Of a DNA stretch of 33,511 bases, positions 8,984-18,136 are shown piece after piece. Position 1 is the stretch's first letter; every line of letters begins with the position of its first letter. The notes beneath the pieces are model-generated. The model searched no databases. It saw only the letters and a program-made list of their open reading frames with translations, and was not told where the DNA came from. The position numbers were made by a program, and so were the translations under genes. The stretch spans positions 186,001 to 219,511 of the forward strand of contig NZ_MWQY01000004.1 in the NCBI RefSeq assembly GCF_002087085.1. Reading direction: 5' to 3'.

Positions 8984-10033
8984 ATGTCGCTGAAGGAGAT
9001 ACGGCTCACATCCATGACTGCCGCTGCCGGTTGAGCGGCCAAGAGGGGGTCATCCTCCCTGGCGCAGGTGCTGCAGCCATTAGCCGGAATGTTCTCTGAT
9101 ATGGAGAACGACAACTTGATCATAGGACTCGAAATCAGTGACGATGCCGCCGTGTACCGCCTGGGGGAGGACAAGGCGGCCATCCTTACGGTGGATTTCT
9201 TTACCCCCGTGGTGGACGACCCCTACAGCTACGGCGCCGTTGCAGCGGCAAACGCCATGAGCGATATCTACGCCATGGGAGGCGAGGTCGCGGTGGCCCT
9301 GAATATCTGCGCCTTCCCGGCGGAGATGGACGAAGGAATAATCACGGAAATCATGCGGGGAGGCGCGGAAAAGGTCAAAGAGGCCGGCGGAATCCTCGCA
9401 GGGGGCCATACCGTAGACGACCGGGAACCCAAGTACGGGCTGTCGGTCATGGGATTCGCCCATCCTGATGCAATCATGACCAAGGGCGGAGCTCGCCCCG
9501 GGGACAGGCTAATCCTCACCAAGGCCCTTGGTTCAGGCATTATTACCACCGCGGCGAAAAGCCGGAAGGCCGATACCCTCCACGTCGAAGAAGCAGTCCG
9601 CAGCATGATGAAACTGAATAAAGACGCCGCGAGAATCCTGGTGGACCATGAAATAAAGGGCTGTACAGATATTACCGGTTTCGCGCTGCTGGGTCACACC
9701 TTCGAAATAGCGGAAAAGAGCGGAGTGAGGATACAGCTGTCCGCATCTTCCCTGCCCTTTCTGGATGGCTCCATGGAATACGCCGACGAATGGCTCTTTC
9801 CCGGGGGAACCGGAAAGAACAAACGCGCCTATGAAGAGCACATCAGTTTCGCGGCTTCAATAGAAGAAGAGATGCGCCACCTCATGTTTACACCGGAAAC
9901 CTCCGGCGGCCTGCTGGCGGCGGTCCCTGCGGGGAAGATACAGGAGGTCCTTGCCGCCTTTCAAAAGACCGGAAGCTTCTGCAGGGTAATCGGGGAGGTG
10001 GTGGAAGGATCAGGGATCGAGGTCACCCCCTAA
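8984..10033 (+). CDS. selD: Selenide, water dikinase (selenophosphate synthetase), selenoprotein with Sec at codon 17
   Basis: SD AAGGAG, then MSLKEIRLTSMTAAAG-UGA(9032-9034)-AAK, in frame with DDAAVY, TVDFFTPVVDDP, AANAMSDIYAMGG, TDITGFALLGH and PETSGGLL. Confidence 0.95.
9038..9063 (+). promoter_or_regulatory. Putative SECIS element of selD
   Basis: Lower stem GCCA/TGGC, upper stem GAGGG/TCCTC and apical loop GGTCA, directly 3' of the UGA. Confidence 0.6.
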
Positions 10034-10043
10034 AATGAGGATT

Positions 10044-11840
10044 TCAGCACACAACCCGGCTGTCCCCGTCGCGTCTTACCAGACCTTTTTCTTCCATCTT
10101 GTTTAAAAAGGGAATCATGTATCTCCGGGTAAGACCGGTCTTTTCCTTTGCTTCGGGGATGGAGAAGGATGTTCCCGCATCGAGCCCTTCGAGTATAACC
10201 CGGGCCAGGGCGTCGAAGCTCTCCCTGCTGAAATAGATATCCCCCTCCAGGGCCACGACTTTCTCCATACGCGCCAGGTTGCGCAGTTCCGATCGTGCTC
10301 CGGGGTCCGGTATCTCCTTCAGCTGCAGTCCCGCATTTTTCTGTTTCTCCAGCATATTCATGATCTTTTTTGCCAGGGGAGACAGGCCGTAATCCCCGTC
10401 AAGCTGTTCCGGTGAGATCAGTATACGGTCCTTCTGTACAATTCTGTAGGTGGTCAATCCCCGGTCGATAAGATATTCCTTGATCTCCAGGGGAATATCC
10501 CCGGATTGAAGATACTCGGCCTTTCCTGCACCGCCGGGTTTCGAGCAGAGCCGGGTCAGCCTGTCGGCCTCCTTCAGAAGAAAGTCTTCCAGAACCACCG
10601 TGCTCTGAACTTCCCGTGTTTTCAGGGACCGGGTTGCGGCAAACTGTTTTATTGTCCGCTTTTGTGCCCCGGAAGCATAGGTAAACCAGCCCTTCAGCAT
10701 GAAGCGCAGAACGGCCTCATCACTTATCGCCTCCGGAACGGGATAGTCCTTCAGAATTTCGGCAAGCCGGATTCTGAAATGCCGGTCCGTCTCTCCCGCC
10801 CATATAAAACGACCCTTTCCCAGTATGTGATACCCCCCCTGCTGGATAAACAGACAGGGATCGAAACTGCCAACCGGGATCTTTTCATTCAGTACAATCC
10901 TGGCAAAACCTTCAGTCTTCAGGAAATGTATGGTGCCGATATAGTGGCCCGTACCGCTGGCGATCTCCAGCTCCATATGATTTCGAATGGCCCTGCGGCT
11001 TTCATCCAGGGCCTCCCACTGAATAATGAACTCCCTCTCGCAGCTGAAGTCCGCCGGGTCCCTGGCGGCGACACATCCCCGGGATACCTCTTCCTTTTTT
11101 ATGCCCTGAAGGTTGCAGGCAACCCGGGAAACAGGGTACGCCGTCTTCAGGGAACTGTAATAGGATTGAATGCCCCGTATTTTCGCCGTGAGACCTCCGG
11201 GCAGAATGCTGATCTCATCCCCTTCGGAGAGCTCGCCCCCCGCCAGGGACCCGGTTACGACCGTACCCGATCCCTTTATGGTAAATACCCTGTCCACGTG
11301 AAAAAACGCGGAGCCCCCCGTTTTGGACGCGGGCATCCTGCGGAGAACCTCCACCAGAGCAGCGCGCAGGGTATCGATCCCTTCACCGGTCAGGGAGGAT
11401 ACGGGAATTATGCTGATCTCTTTCCTGAAGATGCGAACCAGATTCTCCTGAACCAGTTCGCTCACCAGCTCGCGGAACTCATCGTCAATTGTATCGACCT
11501 TGGTAAGGGCACAGATGACCTCCCCAATGCCCATTGCCTCGAGCACCCGGGCGTGGTCGTCGGTCTGCTGCATCCAGCCCTCGTTCCCGGCAACCACCAG
11601 TACGGCGCAGGAGAGGCTCCAGGCGCCGGCGACCATGTTCCGGATAAAGCGCTCGTGCCCGGGGACGTCGATGACTCCCACCGCTTCGCCTTCGGGGGTC
11701 TCGAAATGGGCGAATCCCAGGTCAATGGTCATTCCCCGTTTTTTTTCCTCCGGAAGTCTGTCGGCGTTGATTCCCGTAAGGGCCTGTATAAGTGCCGTTT
11801 TGCCGTGATCCACATGACCGGCGGTTCCTATTATGTGCAC
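10044..11840 (-). CDS. selB: Selenocysteine-specific elongation factor
   Basis: Motifs GTAGHVDHGKT, EKKRGMTIDLGFA, DVPGHERF, TKVD and DRVFTIKGSGTVVTG. C-terminal winged helix GLTRRYMIPFL. GTG start. Confidence 0.95.
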   Translation of the reverse strand: MHIIGTAGHVDHGKTALIQALTGINADRLPEEKKRGMTIDLGFAHFETPEGEAVGVIDVPGHERFIRNMVAGAWSLSCAVLVVAGNEGWMQQTDDHARVLEAMGIGEVICALTKVDTIDDEFRELVSELVQENLVRIFRKEISIIPVSSLTGEGIDTLRAALVEVLRRMPASKTGGSAFFHVDRVFTIKGSGTVVTGSLAGGELSEGDEISILPGGLTAKIRGIQSYYSSLKTAYPVSRVACNLQGIKKEEVSRGCVAARDPADFSCEREFIIQWEALDESRRAIRNHMELEIASGTGHYIGTIHFLKTEGFARIVLNEKIPVGSFDPCLFIQQGGYHILGKGRFIWAGETDRHFRIRLAEILKDYPVPEAISDEAVLRFMLKGWFTYASGAQKRTIKQFAATRSLKTREVQSTVVLEDFLLKEADRLTRLCSKPGGAGKAEYLQSGDIPLEIKEYLIDRGLTTYRIVQKDRILISPEQLDGDYGLSPLAKKIMNMLEKQKNAGLQLKEIPDPGARSELRNLARMEKVVALEGDIYFSRESFDALARVILEGLDAGTSFSIPEAKEKTGLTRRYMIPFLNKMEEKGLVRRDGDSRVVC

Positions 11841-11843
11841 GGA

Positions 11844-13190
11844 CTATCCTCCCAGTAGATTCTGCAGCTCCGCCCGGATGCGGGGAATATCCTCCGGCTG
11901 AATAGTCGCCAGGTTCAGCTGGACCCTGTCTTCGGAGATTATCCCGATGATGGGGGGATCGGCGTTCCGCAGAGCCCTGAGAATTGTGTCCGCCTTCCGT
12001 CCGATATTGATCTGTACCGACAGGGATGGAAAGCTCTCATCAGGAGCCGAGCCGCCTCCGCTTGTAAGGGTGGATTCAACAACGGAGGCTTTGCTCCGGT
12101 CGATGCCCTGGAGAATCTTCCGTCCCCGGCTCTTCAGTTCCCGCATACTCAGAACGAGGGTCTCGGCAACCATGCTGTTCTGACCGTTCAGACGCCGGAC
12201 CAAGCCGGCCTCCAGGAGGGAGTAGACCGCCTTTCCGGGCCGGAAGACCCGCATAAGGGGGTGCCGCTCCAGCTTCGCGATCAGCACCTTCCTTCCGACA
12301 ATAATCCCCGCCTGGGGGCCGCCCAGAACCTTGTCGCCGGAAAAGCAGACCAGATCCGCACCGTCATGCAGATGGGTCCGGACGGATATCTCGCCGGGCA
12401 GCGCTTCGTCAATGACCCCGGACCCCTGGTCCACGCAGAGAAGGACCGTATCCGGCCTGATCCGGGCAAGTTCCCTGACTGTCGGGGAGTCGGTAAACCC
12501 GCGAATGGCGAAATTGGAACGGTGAACCGACAGAATCATCGCGGTCTCATCGGAAAAGGCCGAGAGGTAATCCTCCCGGGTACTGATGTTCGTTGTGCCG
12601 ATCTCCACGAGGCGGGCGCCGGATTGCTGAAGAATCTCCGGGATCCTGAATCCACCCCCGATCTGCACCTGCTCTCCCCGGTTTACAATGACCTCCCGGT
12701 CCCGGGCAAAGGTCTGCAGGATAAGAAAAACCGCCGCAGCGTTATTGTTTACGATCAAGGCGTCCTCCGACCCCACCAGCCGTGAAACCAGCAGAGGGAT
12801 CAGCCCCTTTCTTTTACCCCGCTTGCCGGTTTTCAGGTCGAATTCCAGATTGGAGTACGAGCAGTTGATCTCCTCCGCTTCCCGCCATACCTCCCGCAGA
12901 ATGGGAGCCCGCCCCATATTGGTGTGGATGATGATTCCTGTGGCGTTTATCACCTTCTGTAGCTTTTCTTTTCCGATTACTCCGCATTCCGCAAGAAGCC
13001 TCTCCAGGACTTCAGAAAAAGGGGGAACCTCACTGTCGCCCTTCAGTACCGAACGCCGGACACCGTCCACAACGCTACGGGCGAGCTCTGCTACCACGGG
13101 TCTTCCCAGGTTTTCAATATACTTTTCTACCCCGGGATCCTGCAGGAGTGTTTCGATCTGGGGGAGCGCTGCAAGCTGATGTTTTTTCAT
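11844..13190 (-). CDS. selA: L-seryl-tRNA(Sec) selenium transferase
   Basis: Motifs VINATGIIIHTNMGRAP, YSNLEFDL, VNNNAAAV, IGGGFRIP and the PLP lysine in FSGDKVLGGPQAG. Confidence 0.95.
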   Translation of the reverse strand: MKKHQLAALPQIETLLQDPGVEKYIENLGRPVVAELARSVVDGVRRSVLKGDSEVPPFSEVLERLLAECGVIGKEKLQKVINATGIIIHTNMGRAPILREVWREAEEINCSYSNLEFDLKTGKRGKRKGLIPLLVSRLVGSEDALIVNNNAAAVFLILQTFARDREVIVNRGEQVQIGGGFRIPEILQQSGARLVEIGTTNISTREDYLSAFSDETAMILSVHRSNFAIRGFTDSPTVRELARIRPDTVLLCVDQGSGVIDEALPGEISVRTHLHDGADLVCFSGDKVLGGPQAGIIVGRKVLIAKLERHPLMRVFRPGKAVYSLLEAGLVRRLNGQNSMVAETLVLSMRELKSRGRKILQGIDRSKASVVESTLTSGGGSAPDESFPSLSVQINIGRKADTILRALRNADPPIIGIISEDRVQLNLATIQPEDIPRIRAELQNLLGG

Positions 13191-13199
13191 ATTCCCTTT

Positions 13200-13287
13200 C
13201 GGAAGAGGGAGGAATCGAACCTCCCGACGCTTCTACACGCCCAACGGTTTTGAAGACCGCGAAGACCACCAGATCTTATCAACTTCC
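13200..13287 (-). tRNA. selC: tRNA-Sec (anticodon UCA)
   Basis: Starts GGAAGTTG. 6-bp D stem AAGATC/GGTCTT with loop TGGT; anticodon stem GCGGT/ACCGT with loop CTTCAAA; long variable arm; T arm GGAGG-TTCGATT-CCTCC; ends CTCTTCC-G. No CCA is encoded. Confidence 0.95.
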
Positions 13288-13293
13288 GAAAAG

Positions 13294-13322
13294 ATTTTAG
13301 TAACTCACTATAATGCTGTCAA
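13294..13322 (-). promoter_or_regulatory. Sigma70 promoter of selC-selA-selB
   Basis: Minus strand reads TTGACA(13322-13317)-N17-TAAAAT(13299-13294). Confidence 0.75.
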
Positions 13323-13327
13323 GGAAA

Positions 13328-13380
13328 CTAATAATTATTCTCAAAAAATTCCTTGCTTTATTATTGAGAATGATTACAAT
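13328..13380. promoter_or_regulatory. Two Fur/PerR-family-like boxes and putative prxU promoter
   Basis: Boxes CTAATAAT-T-ATTCTCAA (13328-13344) and TTGAGAAT-G-ATTACAAT (13364-13380). The second overlaps TTGCTT-N16-TACAAT. Confidence 0.6.
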
Positions 13381-13456
13381 AAAGAAAGAACAAAACTTAG
13401 TTCTTGTCTCTCTGTTCCGGGCATTCCGGCGCGGGAGCAAGAGGGAGGAGGCAGAA

Positions 13457-14179
13457 ATGCCTGAAGAATTCAAACCGGGTTGTCAGCGACCAAAGAGCGG
13501 ACCCGTCGGCGGAGAATCCGCAAAAGCGGCCTCCGGCGAACAGACAGTACAGGAGGAAAAAAAGCCTATGATCAAAGTCGGACAGAAGGCGCCTGATTTT
13601 TCAGCCGCCGCGTATCACAAAGGCAAGTTCATCGAGGTTAAGCTCTCCGAGTATATCGGAAAGTGGGTCGTCCTGTGTTTTTACCCAGGCGACTTTACCT
13701 TTGTTTGAGCAACAGAAATTTCGGCGGTCGCCGAAAAGCATGCTGAGTTCGAGAAGCTCGGCGTAACTGTCCTCTCCATGAGTGTGGACAGTATCTATGT
13801 TCATAAAATGTGGAATGATCATGAACTTTCAAAAATGGTAGAAGGCGGCGTACCCTTCCCCATGCTTTCCGATGGAGGCGGGGCTATAGGTACTGCCTAT
13901 GGAGTCTACGATGAAGCTGCCGGAGTAAACACCCGAGGGCGCTTCCTGATCGATCCCGACGGCAATATCCAGGGCTTTGAAGTCCTTACTCCCCCAGTGG
14001 GTCGGAACGTTTCGGAAACCCTGCGGCAGATCCAGGCCTTCCAACTGGTACGGGAAAAGAAAGGGACCGAGGCTACCCCATCGGGATGGAAACCCGGAAA
14101 GAAAACCCTTAAACCCTCTCCCGACCTTGTAGGCAATGTCTGGAAGGAGTGGAAACCCGGCATGGCTTTTGACGAATAG
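13457..14179 (+). CDS. prxU: Selenocysteine-containing peroxiredoxin (AhpC/Prx1 fold)
   Basis: [19 protein letters not shown](13706-13708)-ATE places UGA at the peroxidatic position of PxxxTxxC. The two ORF-track pieces are in the same frame. Alternative start at 13568. Confidence 0.93.
13719..13736 (+). promoter_or_regulatory. SECIS element of prxU
   Basis: Perfect 7-bp stem TTTCGGC/GCCGAAA with loop GGTC, beginning 10 nt after the UGA. Confidence 0.75.
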
Positions 14180-14208
14180 GTCAAAGGTCAGTTAGAAAAC
14201 CTGAACAC

Positions 14209-14251
14209 CGCCGGGGCTGGAAGAATGAATCTTCAGCCCCGGCGTTTTTTT
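14209..14251 (+). terminator. Rho-independent terminator after prxU
   Basis: Stem CGCCGGGGCTG...CAGCCCCGGCG followed by T7. Confidence 0.85.
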
Positions 14252-14268
14252 CGTGTATACTTATCGTT

Positions 14269-15429
14269 ATGCGAACAAAGATCCTGATCGTGGGAGCCGG
14301 CCCCGTTGGCCTTTTGCTTGCCAACCTGCTGGGACAGAAAAAGATCGATACCCTGCTGGTGGAAAAACGGAGCGAAGCTTCCCGGCATTCCAAGGCCATC
14401 GGGATTACCCCCCCTTCCCTTCGCATTCTGGCGCAGCTCGGACTTGAAGAGACCTTTATCTCGGAGGGGGTCAGGATTACAGATGCCCATGTCCATGGAA
14501 AAAAGGACAGAATCGGGCACCTCTCCTTTTCCGCCCTCCCCGGACCATACCGGTTCATACTTTCCTTTCCCCAGCGGAGGACCGAAGAGATCCTGCGGCG
14601 GACGCTTGAATCCTTTCCAGGTATCCAGTTCCTGCAGAACCATGAGTGCATCGAATACAGCGATCATGGGGACCACATAAGCGCCAGGGTGCGTACAGAA
14701 ACGGGCGGGACCCTGGATATTGACGCTGACTACCTCTGCGCCTGCGACGGCTTCCGCTCGAGCCTGCGGCAGCTATCCGGCATCGACATGCCCGGGCGTG
14801 AATATTCCGACACCTTCCTGATGGGAGACTACCGGGACCGATCCGGCCTGGAGAGAGAGGCACATCTCTTTTTTACCCCTTCAGGATCGGTGGAATCCTT
14901 TCCCCTTCCCGGGGAGTTCCGGCGCTGGGTGGTTCAGACGCCTTTTTATATGGAGGATCCCGACCCTGATTACCTGGAAAATTCTGTATTCCAGCGTTCA
15001 GGCTTCGCCCTTGACCCGGCAGACAGGGAGTGGACGAGCCCGTTCAGAATATACAGCCGGGTCATGCCGGTTTTTTATCGGGGGAGGCTTCTCTTTCTCG
15101 GCGACGCAGCCCATACGATTCCCCCCATCGGCGGCCAGGGAATGAATACAGGCTTCGGGGACGCGGAGCATGCAGCAGGAATACTCGCTTCCATGCTGGA
15201 AGGTGGATACAGCGCCGGACTTCTTCGCAGCTACTCCCGCCGTCGCCGGAAGGCCGCCGTAACAGCCGCAGGACGGGCGGTACTCTCCATGAAAACAGGG
15301 ACCATACAGGGCAGTATCGCCTCAGCCCTGCGGAACGGGATACTTACACTGCTCCTTGCAAGCCCTTTTAAACACAGCCTCTCGAAACATTACGCCATGC
15401 TGGCGCTAAAGGGTATCAGTTCTTTCTGA
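14269..15429 (+). CDS. FAD-dependent aromatic monooxygenase (FAD_binding_3)
   Basis: Motifs IVGAGPVGL, ACDGFRSSLR and LGDAAHTIPPIGGQGMNTGFGDA. Confidence 0.9.
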   Translation: MRTKILIVGAGPVGLLLANLLGQKKIDTLLVEKRSEASRHSKAIGITPPSLRILAQLGLEETFISEGVRITDAHVHGKKDRIGHLSFSALPGPYRFILSFPQRRTEEILRRTLESFPGIQFLQNHECIEYSDHGDHISARVRTETGGTLDIDADYLCACDGFRSSLRQLSGIDMPGREYSDTFLMGDYRDRSGLEREAHLFFTPSGSVESFPLPGEFRRWVVQTPFYMEDPDPDYLENSVFQRSGFALDPADREWTSPFRIYSRVMPVFYRGRLLFLGDAAHTIPPIGGQGMNTGFGDAEHAAGILASMLEGGYSAGLLRSYSRRRRKAAVTAAGRAVLSMKTGTIQGSIASALRNGILTLLLASPFKHSLSKHYAMLALKGISSF

Positions 15430-16177
15430 TCACCGTGATTCTCAGCATTCCGAACATTCGCGGCAGGTAATGGACCGGAGAAAAACCGAAACCCTCAAGG
15501 AGGCGTAAAAACTCAGCCTGATCCGGAAAACTCTTAAGGCTCTCTGCGATATACCCGTAGACCTCGGGATTCCCATGATATACCCGGCCCCAGAGACGCC
15601 CCCAGAATGACAGAAGACCAAGCTGCAGCCTCCCCGTATGTTTCCGGCTCGATCTGGAGAAATCGAGAAACGCGGCGTATCCCCCGGGCTTCAACATGCG
15701 GTGTACCTCCGCCAGGCTGCGCCCCAGGTCGGGGGAGTTCCGCAGGGCGTAACCTCCGCTGACAATATCGAATTCCCCGTCGTTGAAGGGAAGTTCGTTC
15801 ATGTCTCCCGGGAAAAAATGGATCCTTTCCTGTATATTCCCGGGCATACGTGCAAGGTTCGAAGCCGCCCGGTCCAGCATATCGGTATTCAGGTCGATCC
15901 CCTCTATTCGGGCGGAAGGATACCGCAGGGCGAGCAGAAAACTGAGATCCCCCGGTCCGCAGGCAAGGTCCAGAATGCGTGGCTCAGGGATCTCCGGAAG
16001 CAGCGAAATCAGCTTCCGCTTCCAGGCCGCATCCCGTCCGAAGGAGAGCACCCGCGTAATACCGGAATAAACCTGTGCAACGGGAGTAAAGAGCATGCGG
16101 TTATACTCCTTCTTGCTTTCGGGCAGGGTGAGATCAAAATCCTTCAGACGCTGCCGGAATCGCCGTTTCTCGTTCAT
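15416..16177 (-). CDS. UbiE/MenG-family C-methyltransferase
   Basis: Motifs VLSFGRDAAWKR, ILDLACGPGD, LPFNDGEFD, YALRN, LKPGG, LDFS and YIAESLKSFP. Confidence 0.85.
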   Translation of the reverse strand: MNEKRRFRQRLKDFDLTLPESKKEYNRMLFTPVAQVYSGITRVLSFGRDAAWKRKLISLLPEIPEPRILDLACGPGDLSFLLALRYPSARIEGIDLNTDMLDRAASNLARMPGNIQERIHFFPGDMNELPFNDGEFDIVSGGYALRNSPDLGRSLAEVHRMLKPGGYAAFLDFSRSSRKHTGRLQLGLLSFWGRLWGRVYHGNPEVYGYIAESLKSFPDQAEFLRLLEGFGFSPVHYLPRMFGMLRITVIRKN

Positions 16178-16239
16178 AGGCTGTTCTTTATTCTCCTGTT
16201 TTTATTTCCCTTGCCTGGTGAAGATAGTACTTTTATCCC

Positions 16240-17367
16240 ATGCAGGAGTCAAACAATAAGCAGGGCGCGTATCTTCTGGGAATCGGTACCGCCGTTCCGG
16301 ACTATTCCTATTCCCAGGATTTTGCCCTGGAGTTCAATCTGGGAATCGAGGGAACCACGGAACGGCAGAAAAAGTTCATGCGCCGCATCTATGCCGGAAG
16401 CGCCATCGAAAAACGTCATTCCGTCATCGCCGATTACGGCCGCGATCCGGCGGATTACAGCTTTTTTCCGCCCACACAAAGCCTGAAACCTGAACCCACC
16501 ACGCAAGAGAGAAACGACCTCTTTATCCGGGAAGCCAACCGGCTTTCTGCGCTGGCTGTTGAGGACCTCTTTGCACGGCTCGGGAAAAAAGACACCCACG
16601 ACATTACCCACCTTATAACCATAAGCTGCACCGGCTTTTCCGCCCCGGGCTTCGATTTCCACCTGGCCCGGGAACTTGAGCTGCCTGCGGCAACCAGACG
16701 TTACCATATCGGGTTTATGGGCTGCTACGCTGCCCTGACCGGGATGTCCCTGGCCCATTCAATCTGTAAAGCCGAGCCGGGGGCCCGCGTTCTGATGGTA
16801 AACGTGGAGCTCTGTTCCGTACACTTTCAGCAGCGGGACGATCTGGATACCATGGTTGCCAATGCCATATTTGCCGACGGGGCCTCCGCGGCGCTGATTG
16901 TCACGGACCCGCCGGAAGCGGACACAGCTGTACTGGCCTTCGACTCCTTCAACTCCCAGATCCTTCCCGACAGCGAGGAAGATATGGCATGGCGGGTGGG
17001 AAATACAGGGTTCACAATGAAGCTCTCCGCCTATGTGCCCAGGATAATCAACGAGAACCTGGACGATATCCTGAAAGGGATCCTCAAAAAAAGCGGGCGC
17101 CGCCACGGGGATATCGACATATGGGCGGTGCACCCCGGCGGAAAGGCCATACTCGAAAAAATAGAGGAGGCCCTGCAGCTCGACCCCGAGGAACTCAGCG
17201 TTTCCTACGAGGTCCTCCGGGACTACGGCAACATGAGTTCGGTAACCATCATGTTTGTCCTGCAGCGAATCCTTGCCGACAGCCGGGAAGGAAATGTTCT
17301 GGCCATTGCCTTCGGTCCCGGCCTCACCGTGGAAACCGGTTTCATGCGCAAGATTTCCCGGCCATAG
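16240..17367 (+). CDS. Type III polyketide synthase (chalcone synthase-like)
   Basis: Catalytic triad Cys (FMGCYAA), His (WAVHPGG) and Asn (YGNMSS). Also ELCSVH, FADGASA and FGPGLTVE. Confidence 0.95.
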   Translation: MQESNNKQGAYLLGIGTAVPDYSYSQDFALEFNLGIEGTTERQKKFMRRIYAGSAIEKRHSVIADYGRDPADYSFFPPTQSLKPEPTTQERNDLFIREANRLSALAVEDLFARLGKKDTHDITHLITISCTGFSAPGFDFHLARELELPAATRRYHIGFMGCYAALTGMSLAHSICKAEPGARVLMVNVELCSVHFQQRDDLDTMVANAIFADGASAALIVTDPPEADTAVLAFDSFNSQILPDSEEDMAWRVGNTGFTMKLSAYVPRIINENLDDILKGILKKSGRRHGDIDIWAVHPGGKAILEKIEEALQLDPEELSVSYEVLRDYGNMSSVTIMFVLQRILADSREGNVLAIAFGPGLTVETGFMRKISRP

Positions 17368-17370
17368 CCT

Positions 17371-18099
17371 ATGCCGCTTTTGACCTTTCCCCGTCGGGAA
17401 ACAAAACCGGAGCTGATGGACGATCCGGAATGCAGTAAGAAATTGCTTATCAGGACCGTCCGCCAGTTCCGGCTGATAAATCTGCTCTTCTCCGCTTCCC
17501 GCCGCCTCATAAAACGTAAGCTCGTCTCCCGGATGGAGCCGGGGCGTATGAAGCCCTACACCTTCCTCGACATCGGAGCCGGCGGCTGCGACACCGCCCT
17601 CTGGCTTGCGGATTACAGTAAAAAAAAGGGCATCCCGATCCGGATAAGCTGCCTGGATAATGATCCCCGGATTGCCGGGTACGCCCGCAGCGTTATAAAG
17701 AAACGGGAGAATATTGAGCTGTTCCAGGCTTCGGTTTTCGATATTTCCCGGATGCCCCGTTTTGATTTTATCTTCTCCAACCATTTTCTTCACCACTTTT
17801 CCGATTCACAGATCCCGCAGATACTCGACCTGGTGGAGGAGAAAACCGAAATCGCATTCCTTATGAACGACCTGTGTCGTTCCCGTCTTTCGTACCTGGG
17901 CTACGAAATCTTTGCCCTCCTTTTTCTGTACAAAAGCTTTGCCCGCTACGACGGCAAATTGTCCATCCGACGGGGATTTACCCCCGAAGATCTGCATCGT
18001 CTGATCACTGAAACCAGAAATCCTGAATTCTTCTCTACAGGAAAGACCTTTCCCGGTCGCATATATATACACGGCTTCAGCCGGGGCAGATCCCGGTAA
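17371..18099 (+). CDS. Class I SAM-dependent methyltransferase (type III PKS-associated)
   Basis: Motifs ELMDDP, FLDIGAGGCD, FSNHFLHHF, NDLCRS and DGKLSIRRGFT. Starts 3 nt after the PKS stop. Confidence 0.88.
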   Translation: MPLLTFPRRETKPELMDDPECSKKLLIRTVRQFRLINLLFSASRRLIKRKLVSRMEPGRMKPYTFLDIGAGGCDTALWLADYSKKKGIPIRISCLDNDPRIAGYARSVIKKRENIELFQASVFDISRMPRFDFIFSNHFLHHFSDSQIPQILDLVEEKTEIAFLMNDLCRSRLSYLGYEIFALLFLYKSFARYDGKLSIRRGFTPEDLHRLITETRNPEFFSTGKTFPGRIYIHGFSRGRSR

Positions 18100-18136
18100 A
18101 GCAGAGCAGTCCGGCTCACTCCAGGAGATGCATGAA

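Noticed and set aside
10506..11858. 450-aa plus-strand ORF
   Set aside because: Antisense shadow of selB with no recognisable domain.
9032..13708. selD and prxU as nonsense pseudogenes
   Set aside because: Each UGA is at the catalytic Cys-equivalent position, is followed by a hairpin, and sits beside selABC. These are Sec codons.
16759..17796. 345-aa minus-strand ORF, and similar ones at 15638-16486, 27119-27979, 29346-30305 and 7249-8046
   Set aside because: All lie opposite well-supported genes and show no family motifs.
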